IMG/VR virus record: IMGVR_UViG_3300032212_000049
Span: 1 to 41,408 of that record
Source: a virus
Taxonomy: Duplodnaviria; Caudoviricetes
Length of the DNA stretch: 41,408 nt
Direction: 5' to 3' (one strand)
In this document: in pieces, positions 6,238 to 16,259 of the stretch
Layout: each line of letters starts with the position of its first letter
Numbering within the stretch: position 1 is the stretch's first letter
Notes under the pieces: model-generated
Databases searched by the model: none
Seen by the model: the letters and a program-made list of their open reading frames with translations, nothing else
Told to the model about the DNA's origin: nothing
Made by a program: the position numbers and the translations under genes

Positions 6238-6426
6238 ATGAAAAACGGAAATCTGGCACTTACTCGCAAAATCGGCGAACAAACTATCATTCAATTTGAG
6301 TGCAATGGGGAGTTGATCGAATTAGTGCAGACTATAATTGACATTGACCGGGGACAAGTGCGCATGCTGTTTGACGCGCCGAAGGAGGTGAAGATTACTC
6401 GGAGTGAGTTAATTAGTCATGATTAA
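6238..6426 (+). CDS. csrA: CsrA/RsmA-family RNA-binding protein
   Basis: LALTRKIGE...GQVRMLFDAPKEVKITRSEL matches the CsrA pattern; AAGGA SD before ATG 6238. Confidence 0.8.
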   Translation: MKNGNLALTRKIGEQTIIQFECNGELIELVQTIIDIDRGQVRMLFDAPKEVKITRSELISHD

Positions 6427-6673
6427 AAACCATTTTTACGCCGCAACTATTTAGTCCAAGCCCCTGTTCAAAATATGGAATTGAGCTTTGATGCTCACAG
6501 AATGCAATCCATCGCCCCTGCCTGTATTCTCCTCCTAATATACCTATCGGATTTGGCGCGAAAAATTCCGGAGCGTCTTGGCTTTCTAAATGAACTGATA
6601 CGCCGCCATACCACGAACAGCCAGATCCAAGACATAAAAAAAGCGCCGTAAAGGCGCTTGATAGTTTATTCAT
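6413..6673 (-). CDS. Small predicted lipoprotein downstream of the tail tip
   Basis: Signal peptide ending LGSG-C. Confidence 0.6.
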   Translation of the reverse strand: MNKLSSAFTALFLCLGSGCSWYGGVSVHLESQDAPEFFAPNPIGILGGEYRQGRWIAFCEHQSSIPYFEQGLGLNSCGVKMVFNHD

Positions 6674-6675
6674 AA

Positions 6676-9600
6676 TTAGTCTGTTATGAAGCCGCGATAA
6701 TAAAGAACTCTATCAGAAGAGCTGTTCATTGTGTGGTTTTCTAAATATGCTGACATTTGAAATTCATTGTTAGAGTTTAGCGGAATATGAATACGTGTTG
6801 TTTCAGTTATCCAGTCGATATCTGCTCCGTTTGAATTAAATTGCATCCTGCGCACTGCTGTCATTTCAGAATTAATGGACTTAGTTTGACCGCCTTTTGC
6901 AATGTCTATAATAGCTTGTGAATTTGATGTTGTATCACTAGGCTTTATTAATATTTTTAGATCACAGATCAATATACTAGCATTAGCTGGAATAATATCT
7001 AAAGCTGGCCAAACAGTATCAGTATTTGGGCCGCCGGTAGGCCCGTATGTTAGCAATAATTGGCTGACATTTACTGTCATGTCTGATGAGCTAACTGTTA
7101 TATCATCTGTGCCGTCAATAAGCTGCATGTTACCTGCGCGAACATGTCCAGGTTGCCTTGCTATTAATCCAAGTTGCGCGTCAGTAGCAATGCCTGGTAA
7201 ATTTTCTAAATTTATTGACTTACCAATTAGCGCTAAAATAGATGGCTCATTTCCGTTTACGAGATCTATCCTAGGTCTTGCAAACTGCGTTTTATTAATT
7301 GTATTATCGCCGCTAGAATTGCACATCATCCCCATTGTAGTTATCGTATTGTTTGTGAATCTAACGTCATTTGTAGTAGTTAAAATGGGCTCACCTGATT
7401 CAGTGTCATAAAATCCATTTCTATCTTCTATTCCATCGCCTTCTAAATAGTTAAAGGGAAAAACATACCACACAAGTAAAAACCATTTATCAAGTTCTGG
7501 AACCTGATCGCCGTGAATAAATCCTGTTCCAGTATTAATTATATTTCCATTACTAACTATTTGAATTGAACCATCAGGCGTAAACCCATAACTAACACTA
7601 GCATCAGCTAATTGCCCACTGCATTTTACCCAAACAGATAAGCGATATATTTTTCCAGGGTTAATTTTTATCAAGTCTGTATAAAATCCAACATCAAGCC
7701 CATTTTGAAAATTATCATGATTGCCTTCCCATAAGATTTCGTTTGTATTAAACGGCCCTATTCCAAGAATATGTTTTGCTTGATAGTCGTATCCTGTCGG
7801 AGTGAAGCCTTGAATAGCCCCGTCTTGAGCACCAGCAATCCACCCGCTTGTATCTAAAAGGTTGTTATAAAGAATGTCAGTCGATGGTTGCCCTGAAACG
7901 TTACCGTCCCAAGTGGCCCCGTTGGTAGCAAATATCTCCCACGTAGAGCCGTTAAAACGCTTAACTTCATTCGTGCTTGGTTTATACCAAAGATCGCCTA
8001 AAGACCCTGTTGGTTGGGATTCCTGAGTATATGCAACAGTTTTGCTTGCAATATCATTAATAACATCGGTTACAGGTGTACCATTTACGTTTGCTGTGTC
8101 GTTTGCTGTATTGTCTGCCGTAACATCCGCATTATCTGCCGGTCTATTACCGTTATCGTTATTTATACCTGACCAATCTGACGTTTTTGATGCTAATACA
8201 ATAGAGCTTTCAATTTCTGCACGTGATGTTATATAACGTAAGTTTTGCGAGTCATTTGTATATGACGCAGTTGCGGTAAACGTAACTTGAACGCCAGCGT
8301 ACAATGAAGACAAATTGTTATAATATTTAGAGACAGCTCTAACGCGGATTTCAAGCGTTAAATATTTCCCATCGCTACCAACAATTTTCTGATAATCACT
8401 AACGTTTTTATCGTAACTGTACTCATAAAAAGGACTAACTGATTTTTCAGTTCTGAGCAATTGAGCACCAGAATACATTTCGATTTCATAGTAATTGAAA
8501 TAAACTTTTTCCCCGTTATCATGATCCCATTGGAACATAGCCCCAGGCCCGGTAAAAGACGTTCCAGCTTCATTTAGTCCAAGGTTTGTAATTGCATTAA
8601 ATGGATAAATGGCGGCAAGCTGAGCATCTGTTCTGCCGTTAACGTCTGTCATTGTGATCGTTTGCATCGGTGCAAAATAAACTGACCTAAGCCTGCCTTT
8701 TTTTGAAACTGGCGATACATAAATCTCCCACGTTGAGCCATCGCTAGGAAATTCTATTAATGCCTCTGGTGAAGCTGGAATGTCGCCCTTATAAACAGTG
8801 TCGCCTGGTTTTTTATAAAAAACACGCGAATAGCTATAATTGCTGTCACTTGGAGGCGTTACGCTTACTTCAACAGTTGAAACGTTACCGTCTGGGGTTA
8901 CCGGGGTGTTGGTATATTCTGTTAACGTAAATGTGGGATCGTTTTCAACTAGGCCTGGCAAATCTTCTTGTGGAGTTGAACTTGTATCTAAAAAAATACG
9001 ATAAGCGTTTCGCTGCCAAACGTTTTCTACTTTTTTTAATGAGCCACCACCGCCATCTCCACTTGAAAACGGCATTTTTTCCCATGGGAATCTATCATCG
9101 AGATAATATGTGCGAATAGAAGACGCTGGAGCCCCTACCCCGATCTCAAATCTAACAAACTTATCATAAATGACTTCAGGAGATTTCCCGTGATTAAGTG
9201 ATAAAATAGAACCATTAAATGTTTGAAATGTTTGTGACGAATCGAGTATCCCAACAATCAACGCACCTGGCGCACCACCAGCACCGCCGCCAGCCTTTGC
9301 AAGATCGTATCCCTCAACTGTAAGTACTTCGCCTGGGAGTCCATCGTCGCCAGATAGGTCTATATTACCACTTGTGCCAAACATCATCCCTTTTGAGAAA
9401 ATTGCTAAACCAGCTCCACTATTCCCTCCGTTACCGCCTAACGCAGATATGTTGTTATTATCAAGATCAACACACGGGCCTCCTGACGAACCGGACGTTC
9501 CGATTAATGAGCCAGGAAGCCCATTAATAATGTTATCTGTTATATTAAGAATAGGTTCATTTTGTTTTTCCCCTGTTATAATTCGCGGTGAATGGCTATC

Positions 9601-11733
9601 AAATCTTGTTGATTTTCCGTTTGCGTTAGTAGGGTATATATACATAACTCCATAATATGACACGGCAAAATCTTCTAAAGAATGACGCATTCCACCTTGC
9701 GCCTGAGTTGTGCCAATACCTATCTGACCCAAATTAGATGCAACTGGATCTTTTGCATTTTCAAAAACATAGTCTGCAACACCGCCTGCAAACCCTCTTC
9801 CAGCGCCATCAATATTGCCATTTATTTGAAAAAATCCTTTAACTCTAATTTGAGTATTCAAGTTGACTGTAATAGTTGCAGACGCGTTAATTGTTAGATC
9901 TTCGGTACAATAATAAATAGCATTTACACTATTTAGATCTAAATCGCCTGCAAGATCAATCGTTCCTGTTACGGTCGTTATACCACCAGAGCTTGAAACC
10001 TGTCCCGGAAAATTAGTTTCGTTAATTTCTGTGCCTTGCGATGAAATAAAGGCATCACTTACAGTATCAGTATTAAGCGAAGACGTAATATTGCCGTTTG
10101 CTGAACTGCCGAATAATTGAACTTTTACATTACCTGTAATCCAATCATGCTTAACTGACTGAACTTCAAAGTTCCTATTTAAAGTCTCGCTTAACTCACT
10201 TGTTGGATCTTCGATATATGGCAAATTAACTCTTACAACGTCACCAACTTCTAAATCATTTTGGTCGGGTGTTAAATCAAGTGATAAAAGTAATGGCGGG
10301 TGAGAATAACGACTTCCAATAGCGTCGAACTGTAATCCAATTAAATAGTCAGAGCTTCGTGATCCATGTAGCGTTTTTAACTCAACAACTTTATTATCTG
10401 AAGCGCCATGTATATCAATCGAGTTTTGATCAAAAAATATACTTGTTCGAGTAAATTTATCTCTACGCTCATCCCAATTCCATTTCAAAATAAATCTATT
10501 GATAATGCTTTTTAAGTCAATTTTAAGGTCACTATATTTAACGATATTGGTTTCGTTTAACAATCTGTCATAGCTACCTTTTGAGCCAACATAGTCAATT
10601 CGTTTTAATGACAATTCGCCCGTACTTAAAATTGGCGCATATATGCCAAGCATATAAAAAATATTTTCTTCTATGTATTTTTTGCCGTCTTCTTCTTCTG
10701 GCCCTCTAATTGAAATAGGATAACCTTTGTCGTCATCTGTTAAATCCCAAATATCGGAGCCAATATTAATGAACGCAGACGTTTGAATATAATCTGTCGA
10801 AATGCCCAAGTTCCAATGATCAGGAATAAATTCACCTGCATGACCATATAGTGATCCAGTCATTAATGCATAAATCGCTTTCACTGCTGGCATTTCAAGA
10901 TAAATATATTCAGTGATTTTTGGTGCGTTCTGATTTGTTGCGCCAGCGTCAACGTTTACGGGTAATGCTGTTGTGCCAAAAATGCCTCGAATCAGACCGC
11001 TAAATGTATTTGTTGCATCATCTTTTGCTGTCCAAAGTGCTATTTCAAAATCGTCATCATTCTCAATTTTTATAAGTCCGATTTTATCAATGCCAATAAG
11101 TGACGGATACTTTATCGATTCATCATCATTCGTTTCAGATTGCAAACCGCGTAACAATGTTTTGCCGCCAACACTAGGTACTTGATAAACAAGTTCAAAA
11201 TCAGACGTGCTAAATACGCTTATTGAATCGTCTGTTGCGGTAATACTTGTAACTAATGACGTTTCTTTTGGTGTAAATATTTTTTTGCGCATAACGCGCT
11301 GGATATCAGCACATTGGAATGTATAAACGCCGTCTTTATATTGAATACTTGAATTGACTACTTGTGTTTGAACTAACTGAAAATCAGACCAAAGCATTCC
11401 AGAATAGCCCGCATAAACCCTAACTCGTTTACTGTTCAATCCATCGCCTGCCGTTAGCTTAGTGCGCTGCAATTCTGTTAAACCAATGTCCAAGCATTCA
11501 AATTTTATCGAGCCAATAGTTGAAAGAGCTTTATCAGGATTAATTTTTTGAGACGTAGACGAAACAATTTTTAAAGTATTGTTTATGATATTACCTGCGA
11601 GCCCGGTTACGGGTTTGCTAGTCAAATAATGCAAATCAGTATTAGCGGAATCAAATGCTAGCTCAACAACAAAAATTGGTTCTTTGTTTGTAGATTTATT
11701 TTCAACATTAAAGTTAGTCGAATCCAATCTCAT
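6676..11733 (-). CDS. Tail tip / central fibre host-specificity protein (1685 aa)
   Basis: Largest ORF, after the tape measure and distal tail genes; DLEVGDVV hub-like motif, Gly-rich and beta-rich segments. Confidence 0.8.
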   Translation of the reverse strand: MRLDSTNFNVENKSTNKEPIFVVELAFDSANTDLHYLTSKPVTGLAGNIINNTLKIVSSTSQKINPDKALSTIGSIKFECLDIGLTELQRTKLTAGDGLNSKRVRVYAGYSGMLWSDFQLVQTQVVNSSIQYKDGVYTFQCADIQRVMRKKIFTPKETSLVTSITATDDSISVFSTSDFELVYQVPSVGGKTLLRGLQSETNDDESIKYPSLIGIDKIGLIKIENDDDFEIALWTAKDDATNTFSGLIRGIFGTTALPVNVDAGATNQNAPKITEYIYLEMPAVKAIYALMTGSLYGHAGEFIPDHWNLGISTDYIQTSAFINIGSDIWDLTDDDKGYPISIRGPEEEDGKKYIEENIFYMLGIYAPILSTGELSLKRIDYVGSKGSYDRLLNETNIVKYSDLKIDLKSIINRFILKWNWDERRDKFTRTSIFFDQNSIDIHGASDNKVVELKTLHGSRSSDYLIGLQFDAIGSRYSHPPLLLSLDLTPDQNDLEVGDVVRVNLPYIEDPTSELSETLNRNFEVQSVKHDWITGNVKVQLFGSSANGNITSSLNTDTVSDAFISSQGTEINETNFPGQVSSSGGITTVTGTIDLAGDLDLNSVNAIYYCTEDLTINASATITVNLNTQIRVKGFFQINGNIDGAGRGFAGGVADYVFENAKDPVASNLGQIGIGTTQAQGGMRHSLEDFAVSYYGVMYIYPTNANGKSTRFDSHSPRIITGEKQNEPILNITDNIINGLPGSLIGTSGSSGGPCVDLDNNNISALGGNGGNSGAGLAIFSKGMMFGTSGNIDLSGDDGLPGEVLTVEGYDLAKAGGGAGGAPGALIVGILDSSQTFQTFNGSILSLNHGKSPEVIYDKFVRFEIGVGAPASSIRTYYLDDRFPWEKMPFSSGDGGGGSLKKVENVWQRNAYRIFLDTSSTPQEDLPGLVENDPTFTLTEYTNTPVTPDGNVSTVEVSVTPPSDSNYSYSRVFYKKPGDTVYKGDIPASPEALIEFPSDGSTWEIYVSPVSKKGRLRSVYFAPMQTITMTDVNGRTDAQLAAIYPFNAITNLGLNEAGTSFTGPGAMFQWDHDNGEKVYFNYYEIEMYSGAQLLRTEKSVSPFYEYSYDKNVSDYQKIVGSDGKYLTLEIRVRAVSKYYNNLSSLYAGVQVTFTATASYTNDSQNLRYITSRAEIESSIVLASKTSDWSGINNDNGNRPADNADVTADNTANDTANVNGTPVTDVINDIASKTVAYTQESQPTGSLGDLWYKPSTNEVKRFNGSTWEIFATNGATWDGNVSGQPSTDILYNNLLDTSGWIAGAQDGAIQGFTPTGYDYQAKHILGIGPFNTNEILWEGNHDNFQNGLDVGFYTDLIKINPGKIYRLSVWVKCSGQLADASVSYGFTPDGSIQIVSNGNIINTGTGFIHGDQVPELDKWFLLVWYVFPFNYLEGDGIEDRNGFYDTESGEPILTTTNDVRFTNNTITTMGMMCNSSGDNTINKTQFARPRIDLVNGNEPSILALIGKSINLENLPGIATDAQLGLIARQPGHVRAGNMQLIDGTDDITVSSSDMTVNVSQLLLTYGPTGGPNTDTVWPALDIIPANASILICDLKILIKPSDTTSNSQAIIDIAKGGQTKSINSEMTAVRRMQFNSNGADIDWITETTRIHIPLNSNNEFQMSAYLENHTMNSSSDRVLYYRGFITD

Positions 11734-12128
11734 AAATTAATTACTCTAAAACTAAACGAATAAAAACCAGATATTTCAACCAGAGATTCTGAATAATCGC
11801 CGTCAATTTCAAATGACAGCGGATTATTTGGCGCTGCAATTGTTCCGAATGCGTCTATCGTAAAAGTCTCACCAGCAGCAACTGAATCAATAAACTCTCG
11901 CATTTGATTAAGTAGAGTAGTATTTTTAATAGGCGCTGTTTTTATCTTGTAAAAATTATCAATACGATGCAAAACCGTATGACGAATGCCCGACAGCGAA
12001 GCAGAAACACTTTTTTTGCGCAGCGGCTCACGATCAAAATTCAATAAAGGTACTTCAAATGAATACTCAGTTAATGCGGATCTGCCGTCGCTAATATTTC
12101 GTTTCGCTGTGTAAGTGATCGCACTCAT
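11730..12128 (-). CDS. Putative distal/minor tail protein
   Basis: Position between tape measure and tail tip; coupled start/stop overlaps. Confidence 0.6.
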   Translation of the reverse strand: MSAITYTAKRNISDGRSALTEYSFEVPLLNFDREPLRKKSVSASLSGIRHTVLHRIDNFYKIKTAPIKNTTLLNQMREFIDSVAAGETFTIDAFGTIAAPNNPLSFEIDGDYSESLVEISGFYSFSFRVINL

Positions 12129-14032
12129 AACGCTAACAACCTCCCGTTTCGCGATGCTGGCGAAATAAATACGTAATCAGTTTCTTCTATGATTTCTCGA
12201 AATTCATCTAACTGCTCAACGACAGATAAATTCCCAAACGCGTCTTTTTGAATAATCAGATTGATAGGTCTTTTTGAGTCGTCATCAATTTTAGCGGGGA
12301 TTGTTGGCAACTGCTGGCTGGCTGTATTTCCTGAAAAATTCCCTCCGCCAACACCTGCACTGACAGATCCTCCCGAGCTGCCAATTTGTAAGGCGCCGTT
12401 CGCAGCAATAAGAGCCACATTTGCTGCGCCCATTGCCTGAATACCAGCAACAGCAGGCGGCCCTGCAATTGGCCCAAGTTGCGACATTGCAACCATAGAT
12501 GCAGATGCAGTATTTTGAATCGCTCGTGAAATATTTAGTGCGGTTTCGACAGCAATTACCGCCATTGCGGCTTTTTTATTTCCTGAAGCCAATGTTCTTA
12601 ACAAAGACAGTCCAGAAGTAGCGACAGATGACTGCATGTTTTGTTTTGCTTTAGTTACTTTTTCTTCAAGTTTAATTCTATTGTTTGCGCTTTTTTCTTC
12701 GATATCGATTAATGCCTGTTCGTGCTGTTCTTTGAGATTACGCTCAACTTCCATCCCAAATACGCGAAGCTCTTGGTTTTGTTCAATAAAGCTGCGAATA
12801 GTTTGTAATTTTCTGTTAAAACTTTCGTTTTCTAACTGCTCTTCTGTTAACAGATCTACGCGAATTGCATCGAAATTAGTAGCTACTCGTGACCTTTGTT
12901 CTTGCTCATTGTTTAATATTTCTTGTCTCTTTCGCTCTGCCTCTGTAGCCTGTTTTACTGCCTCAGTTTTATTTTTTGTAGCTTCTGTCGCCGATTTTGT
13001 TTTTCCAATAAAATCATTTAACGATAAGACTGTTTCCCCTTGTTCGACTCTAAATGTTTTTGATGATTTTTCAGCTTTTAGCATATCCTCAAAAATCATA
13101 CTGCTTGCTCCGTGCAGTCTTTCTTGAATCGTTGCTAATTCTGCGTCACGTTTTGCTAACCCGTCACTAAATCCAGCGGTAAATGAAGTGACAGATCGAA
13201 CGGCACCGACAACATTCGCAAGACTTTCAGTTACTCCGGCCGCCATGAGTCTAAACGATTTTGTTGTACTGCCTGCCGCATCTGGTATAAATTCAGTCAA
13301 TGCGTTTGCGATAGCAACAATCGTTGGCCCCATTGTGATAGCCATTTGATTTGTAACACCGGTTGTTGCCGTCCCAAGTTTGATCATCGCTTTGTTTGCT
13401 GCCGTTGCGCTTTCTGCAAACTCCTTGCTTATCGTGCCGCCTGCGCGATCTGATTCTTCGCCAAGCTTTCTAATTGCGCCTGCACCGCCCTTCATGGTCT
13501 GAAGCAATGAAACGCCTTCAGAGTCAAAAAGCTTCATCGCGAGACGAACTTTATCGGCTTTATTCGGAACGTCATCGAGCGCATCGGCTAATATCTCAAA
13601 AGCTTGTTCTGGGCGAAGTGCGTTCAACTTTTCTGCTGAGATTCCCAGCTCTTGAAGCGCACCAATTGCCTCACCAGATCCGTTTGCAGCTTCCGATACG
13701 CGTCGCGTCATGCGCTGCAAGCCCATCGCTAGCGTTTGAGTACTAACACCGGTTGTTTTTGCTGCATATTCAAGGCGCGAAAAGCCTTCAACAGACACGC
13801 CGAGTCGATCTGACAAATCATTTAATCGATTTGCTGCGTCAAGTGACCCTTTGATTACATTCGTAAAAGCAGCGGCGCCACCAACAGCAAGTAAAGAACC
13901 GAAAATACGGTTAACGGTTTGGGCTTGTTTTCCAAGCCCATTCAGTTTCCCATTAACTGTATTCATTTTTTGTTCAAATTTGGCGCTCATTAAGCGCAAA
14001 TCGACGCTTAACGCGCCTATTGTTTCTGCCAT
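12125..14032 (-). CDS. Tail tape measure protein
   Basis: MAETIGALSVDL start; Ala/Gly-rich helical protein following the tail chaperones. Confidence 0.9.
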   Translation of the reverse strand: MAETIGALSVDLRLMSAKFEQKMNTVNGKLNGLGKQAQTVNRIFGSLLAVGGAAAFTNVIKGSLDAANRLNDLSDRLGVSVEGFSRLEYAAKTTGVSTQTLAMGLQRMTRRVSEAANGSGEAIGALQELGISAEKLNALRPEQAFEILADALDDVPNKADKVRLAMKLFDSEGVSLLQTMKGGAGAIRKLGEESDRAGGTISKEFAESATAANKAMIKLGTATTGVTNQMAITMGPTIVAIANALTEFIPDAAGSTTKSFRLMAAGVTESLANVVGAVRSVTSFTAGFSDGLAKRDAELATIQERLHGASSMIFEDMLKAEKSSKTFRVEQGETVLSLNDFIGKTKSATEATKNKTEAVKQATEAERKRQEILNNEQEQRSRVATNFDAIRVDLLTEEQLENESFNRKLQTIRSFIEQNQELRVFGMEVERNLKEQHEQALIDIEEKSANNRIKLEEKVTKAKQNMQSSVATSGLSLLRTLASGNKKAAMAVIAVETALNISRAIQNTASASMVAMSQLGPIAGPPAVAGIQAMGAANVALIAANGALQIGSSGGSVSAGVGGGNFSGNTASQQLPTIPAKIDDDSKRPINLIIQKDAFGNLSVVEQLDEFREIIEETDYVFISPASRNGRLLAL

Positions 14033-14256
14033 TTTGTATAGTCGCCAAAAATTGTTGATAGAATCGCGTCTGACCGTTCGTCGTCAGTCATACGCTGCTC
14101 AGAGATCTTTTTCTCGAAGTATTCAAGGTTTAGATAGGCTTGCCATTCGCTTAGCTCACGCGAATCGTAAGATGCAAGTAATGACTTAACTGAAATGCCC
14201 CACCGATCCGCAAGAAAAAAACAAAACTTGCGAAACGGAAGGGCAATTAGTTTTTT
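14017..14256 (-). CDS. Tail assembly chaperone gpT-like extension via -1 frameshift
   Basis: Slippery A AAA AAC (14250-14256) just before the gpG stop. The -1 frame reads KLIALPFRKFCFFLADRWGISVKSLLASYDSRELSEWQAY...KWQKQ*. Confidence 0.8.
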   Translation of the reverse strand, partial: KKLIALPFRKFCFFLADRWGISVKSLLASYDSRELSEWQAYLNLEYFEKKISEQRMTDDERSDAILSTIFGDYTKWQKQ

Positions 14257-14606
14257 GCGAGTTCTTCAACTTGTTCTGAACTGCTCGCGTTTAACTCGGT
14301 AGCAAGACTATGAAGTCGATCTAAAACCAAACCGTTTTTTAGACCTAATTTTGCAATATCTTGCGATGCAAAAAGCTGCTTTCCGTTTTCATCAACGATG
14401 CAGGCTGCTAACAATTTCGCTCTCGAATTCTCAAGATTCGGCGTTGTCGAACCGTCTTTGTTGATTATAAATAAACTGGATTCATAGTTATCTCGCGCTA
14501 CACCAGACATAACAGACAAGCAAACTTTTCCTCCCCATTCAGGAACTTCGACAACGACAGTTTCTAAATCTTGAGCACTAAAAATATCTTCTTTTGATAG
14601 CATCAT
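14247..14606 (-). CDS. Tail assembly chaperone (gpG-like)
   Basis: VEVPEWGG motif; follows the tail tube gene and ends at a slippery site. Confidence 0.85.
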   Translation of the reverse strand: MMLSKEDIFSAQDLETVVVEVPEWGGKVCLSVMSGVARDNYESSLFIINKDGSTTPNLENSRAKLLAACIVDENGKQLFASQDIAKLGLKNGLVLDRLHSLATELNASSSEQVEELAKN

Positions 14607-14612
14607 TTAATC

Positions 14613-15032
14613 CTATGGGGTGATTGTTACCGCACCGGTGATTTTGATAGATACCGAACCGTCCAAAGCGGCATCCACGCCACCATTAATTGAACTTGCA
14701 TTTTTAACCAGCCCCGCAAACTGCGCAGTGGTGCCGTTTGGCAACGTTAATAAAAATGTTTTTGTTGCCCCAGATGATTGAGCCGCTCGAACGTCATTTT
14801 GACCGGGATCTGAAAAATCTGGATTCCATTCCATGGAAAAGCTGCCGTAATCTTGCAGCCCGACATCAAATTCTTTTGCGGGACTAGATAGATTGGTAAT
14901 ATCGACCTCAGTCGATTCGCCATCAAATCCAGAAAAACCTTTCAAATTTGCAATCACTGTATCCGGCGTTCCCGCCACCGCAATATCAGTTTGAATTGTT
15001 GAGCCTTGCGCTTTAATCGCTGTACTAGCCAT
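14613..15032 (-). CDS. Major tail tube protein
   Basis: Likely start MASTAIKAQG (SD AAAGG); VDITNLSSPAKEF..GLQDYG motif. Confidence 0.85.
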   Translation of the reverse strand: MASTAIKAQGSTIQTDIAVAGTPDTVIANLKGFSGFDGESTEVDITNLSSPAKEFDVGLQDYGSFSMEWNPDFSDPGQNDVRAAQSSGATKTFLLTLPNGTTAQFAGLVKNASSINGGVDAALDGSVSIKITGAVTITP

Positions 15033-15060
15033 AATTTTTACCTTTCTTTTAGATATAAAC

Positions 15061-15117
15061 AAACCCGCAAAAAGCAGGTTTGTTTTGGGCATAAAAAAAC
15101 CCGCAAAAAGCGGGTTT
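15061..15117 (-). terminator. Tandem hairpins/terminator upstream of the tail tube gene
   Basis: aaacccgc-ttttt-gcgggttttttt plus a second near-identical hairpin. Confidence 0.6.
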
Positions 15118-15134
15118 AATTAATTAGTTATAAG

Positions 15135-15494
15135 TTAATACCAAATTGAGAAATCAGTTATAAATCGATAAAGTTGTGTTTCGAGGTCTTTAACTTTTTG
15201 GGTTCCAAGTCGAACAAATGACACACCGCCAGTTTCTAATGCCGCAATAATGTCAGTTGTTATATCAGCGCATTCGCTATATTTAGATGAAAAAACATCA
15301 ACTTGAATCCGCTCATTTTTCGTTGTTGCTTCAGCTGTTAAATCATTAATCGGGTTATCAGAAACATCGTTTAACGTGATTTGAGGCATGGGCTCACTTT
15401 GCCCGATCTCATTCAAATATATTCGATTATTGACTGTTGCTGTAATCGCAGAGGCGCTACTTAAAGCAGCAAGCGCGATTGAAATAGCATTCAT
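15135..15494 (-). CDS. Tail terminator/completion protein (DUF3168-like)
   Basis: RIY...P.I...RIQVDVFS pattern and position. Confidence 0.75.
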   Translation of the reverse strand: MNAISIALAALSSASAITATVNNRIYLNEIGQSEPMPQITLNDVSDNPINDLTAEATTKNERIQVDVFSSKYSECADITTDIIAALETGGVSFVRLGTQKVKDLETQLYRFITDFSIWY

Positions 15495-15940
15495 GCTTTA
15501 CTCGCCTTTTCGATACCAGTCCAAAGTTTTGATGAGACCGCTCTCATTGCTCGTTTTTTTGATTTTTCCCATGAGCGTCTTAAAAATGGATTTGGCTTAA
15601 TGCCTGGGTGCTTTACGCGTGAATAAACGTTGCCGTTAATAGCTACTTTCCCTTCGATTGTGTGTGCGCCAGTTCCGTATTCTATGTACCATGCGTAAAA
15701 CGCATCTGACGTAACGCCAACTTTTGCTCTAAAACGCCCTTTTCGGCCGCGAATACGAAAACGGATATTTTTTCTTAACTTTCCGCTATCTCTTGGAGCG
15801 TTAGAGCGCATTTCTTTTCTGACAACGACGGCACCAGCGCGCAGAGCATCCCTTGAGACCTTTTTTGCGACTTTTGGTGCTAGTTTTTTAAGCTTTTTAT
15901 TTAGATCTTTTAATCCGTCGAGTTTAAACGTTGCGGTCAT
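15491..15940 (-). CDS. HK97 gp10-family tail component
   Basis: APRDSGKLRKNI, YAWYIEYGT and PNPFLRRS motifs. Confidence 0.85.
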   Translation of the reverse strand: MTATFKLDGLKDLNKKLKKLAPKVAKKVSRDALRAGAVVVRKEMRSNAPRDSGKLRKNIRFRIRGRKGRFRAKVGVTSDAFYAWYIEYGTGAHTIEGKVAINGNVYSRVKHPGIKPNPFLRRSWEKSKKRAMRAVSSKLWTGIEKASKA

Positions 15941-16259
15941 TGTGCGCGCCCGTGAATAGAAGCTCTCGATTTAGGTTTCTAACATTTTCGATACTCGTTA
16001 TTTCAAAATCGAGGCCGTTAAATCTTATTTTGTCTGCATAACGAATAGCGCCTGTTTTTTTGTCAAATCTGACTCTAAACGTATGGACTAAAACACTATA
16101 GTTACCGGTTTCAATATTGCGCTCTAAAGTGTCAGGCTTTGAGACATCAGCTTTTCGCGAAAGAATGACATCAAGTACATTCGTTTTTTGTCCGTATTCA
16201 TCTTTAGCATCGGTTCTGCGCAAGAATTCAATCCGACTGCTTAACCTGCCAGCTCTCAT
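15924..16259 (-). CDS. Head closure / head-tail adaptor
   Basis: MRAGRL..RIEF......DEYG start. Confidence 0.85.
   Translation of the reverse strand: MRAGRLSSRIEFLRRTDAKDEYGQKTNVLDVILSRKADVSKPDTLERNIETGNYSVLVHTFRVRFDKKTGAIRYADKIRFNGLDFEITSIENVRNLNRELLFTGAHNDRNV

Noticed and set aside
6676-11733. Diversity-generating retroelement target in the tail tip
   Set aside because: No reverse transcriptase gene and no template/variable repeat pair were seen.
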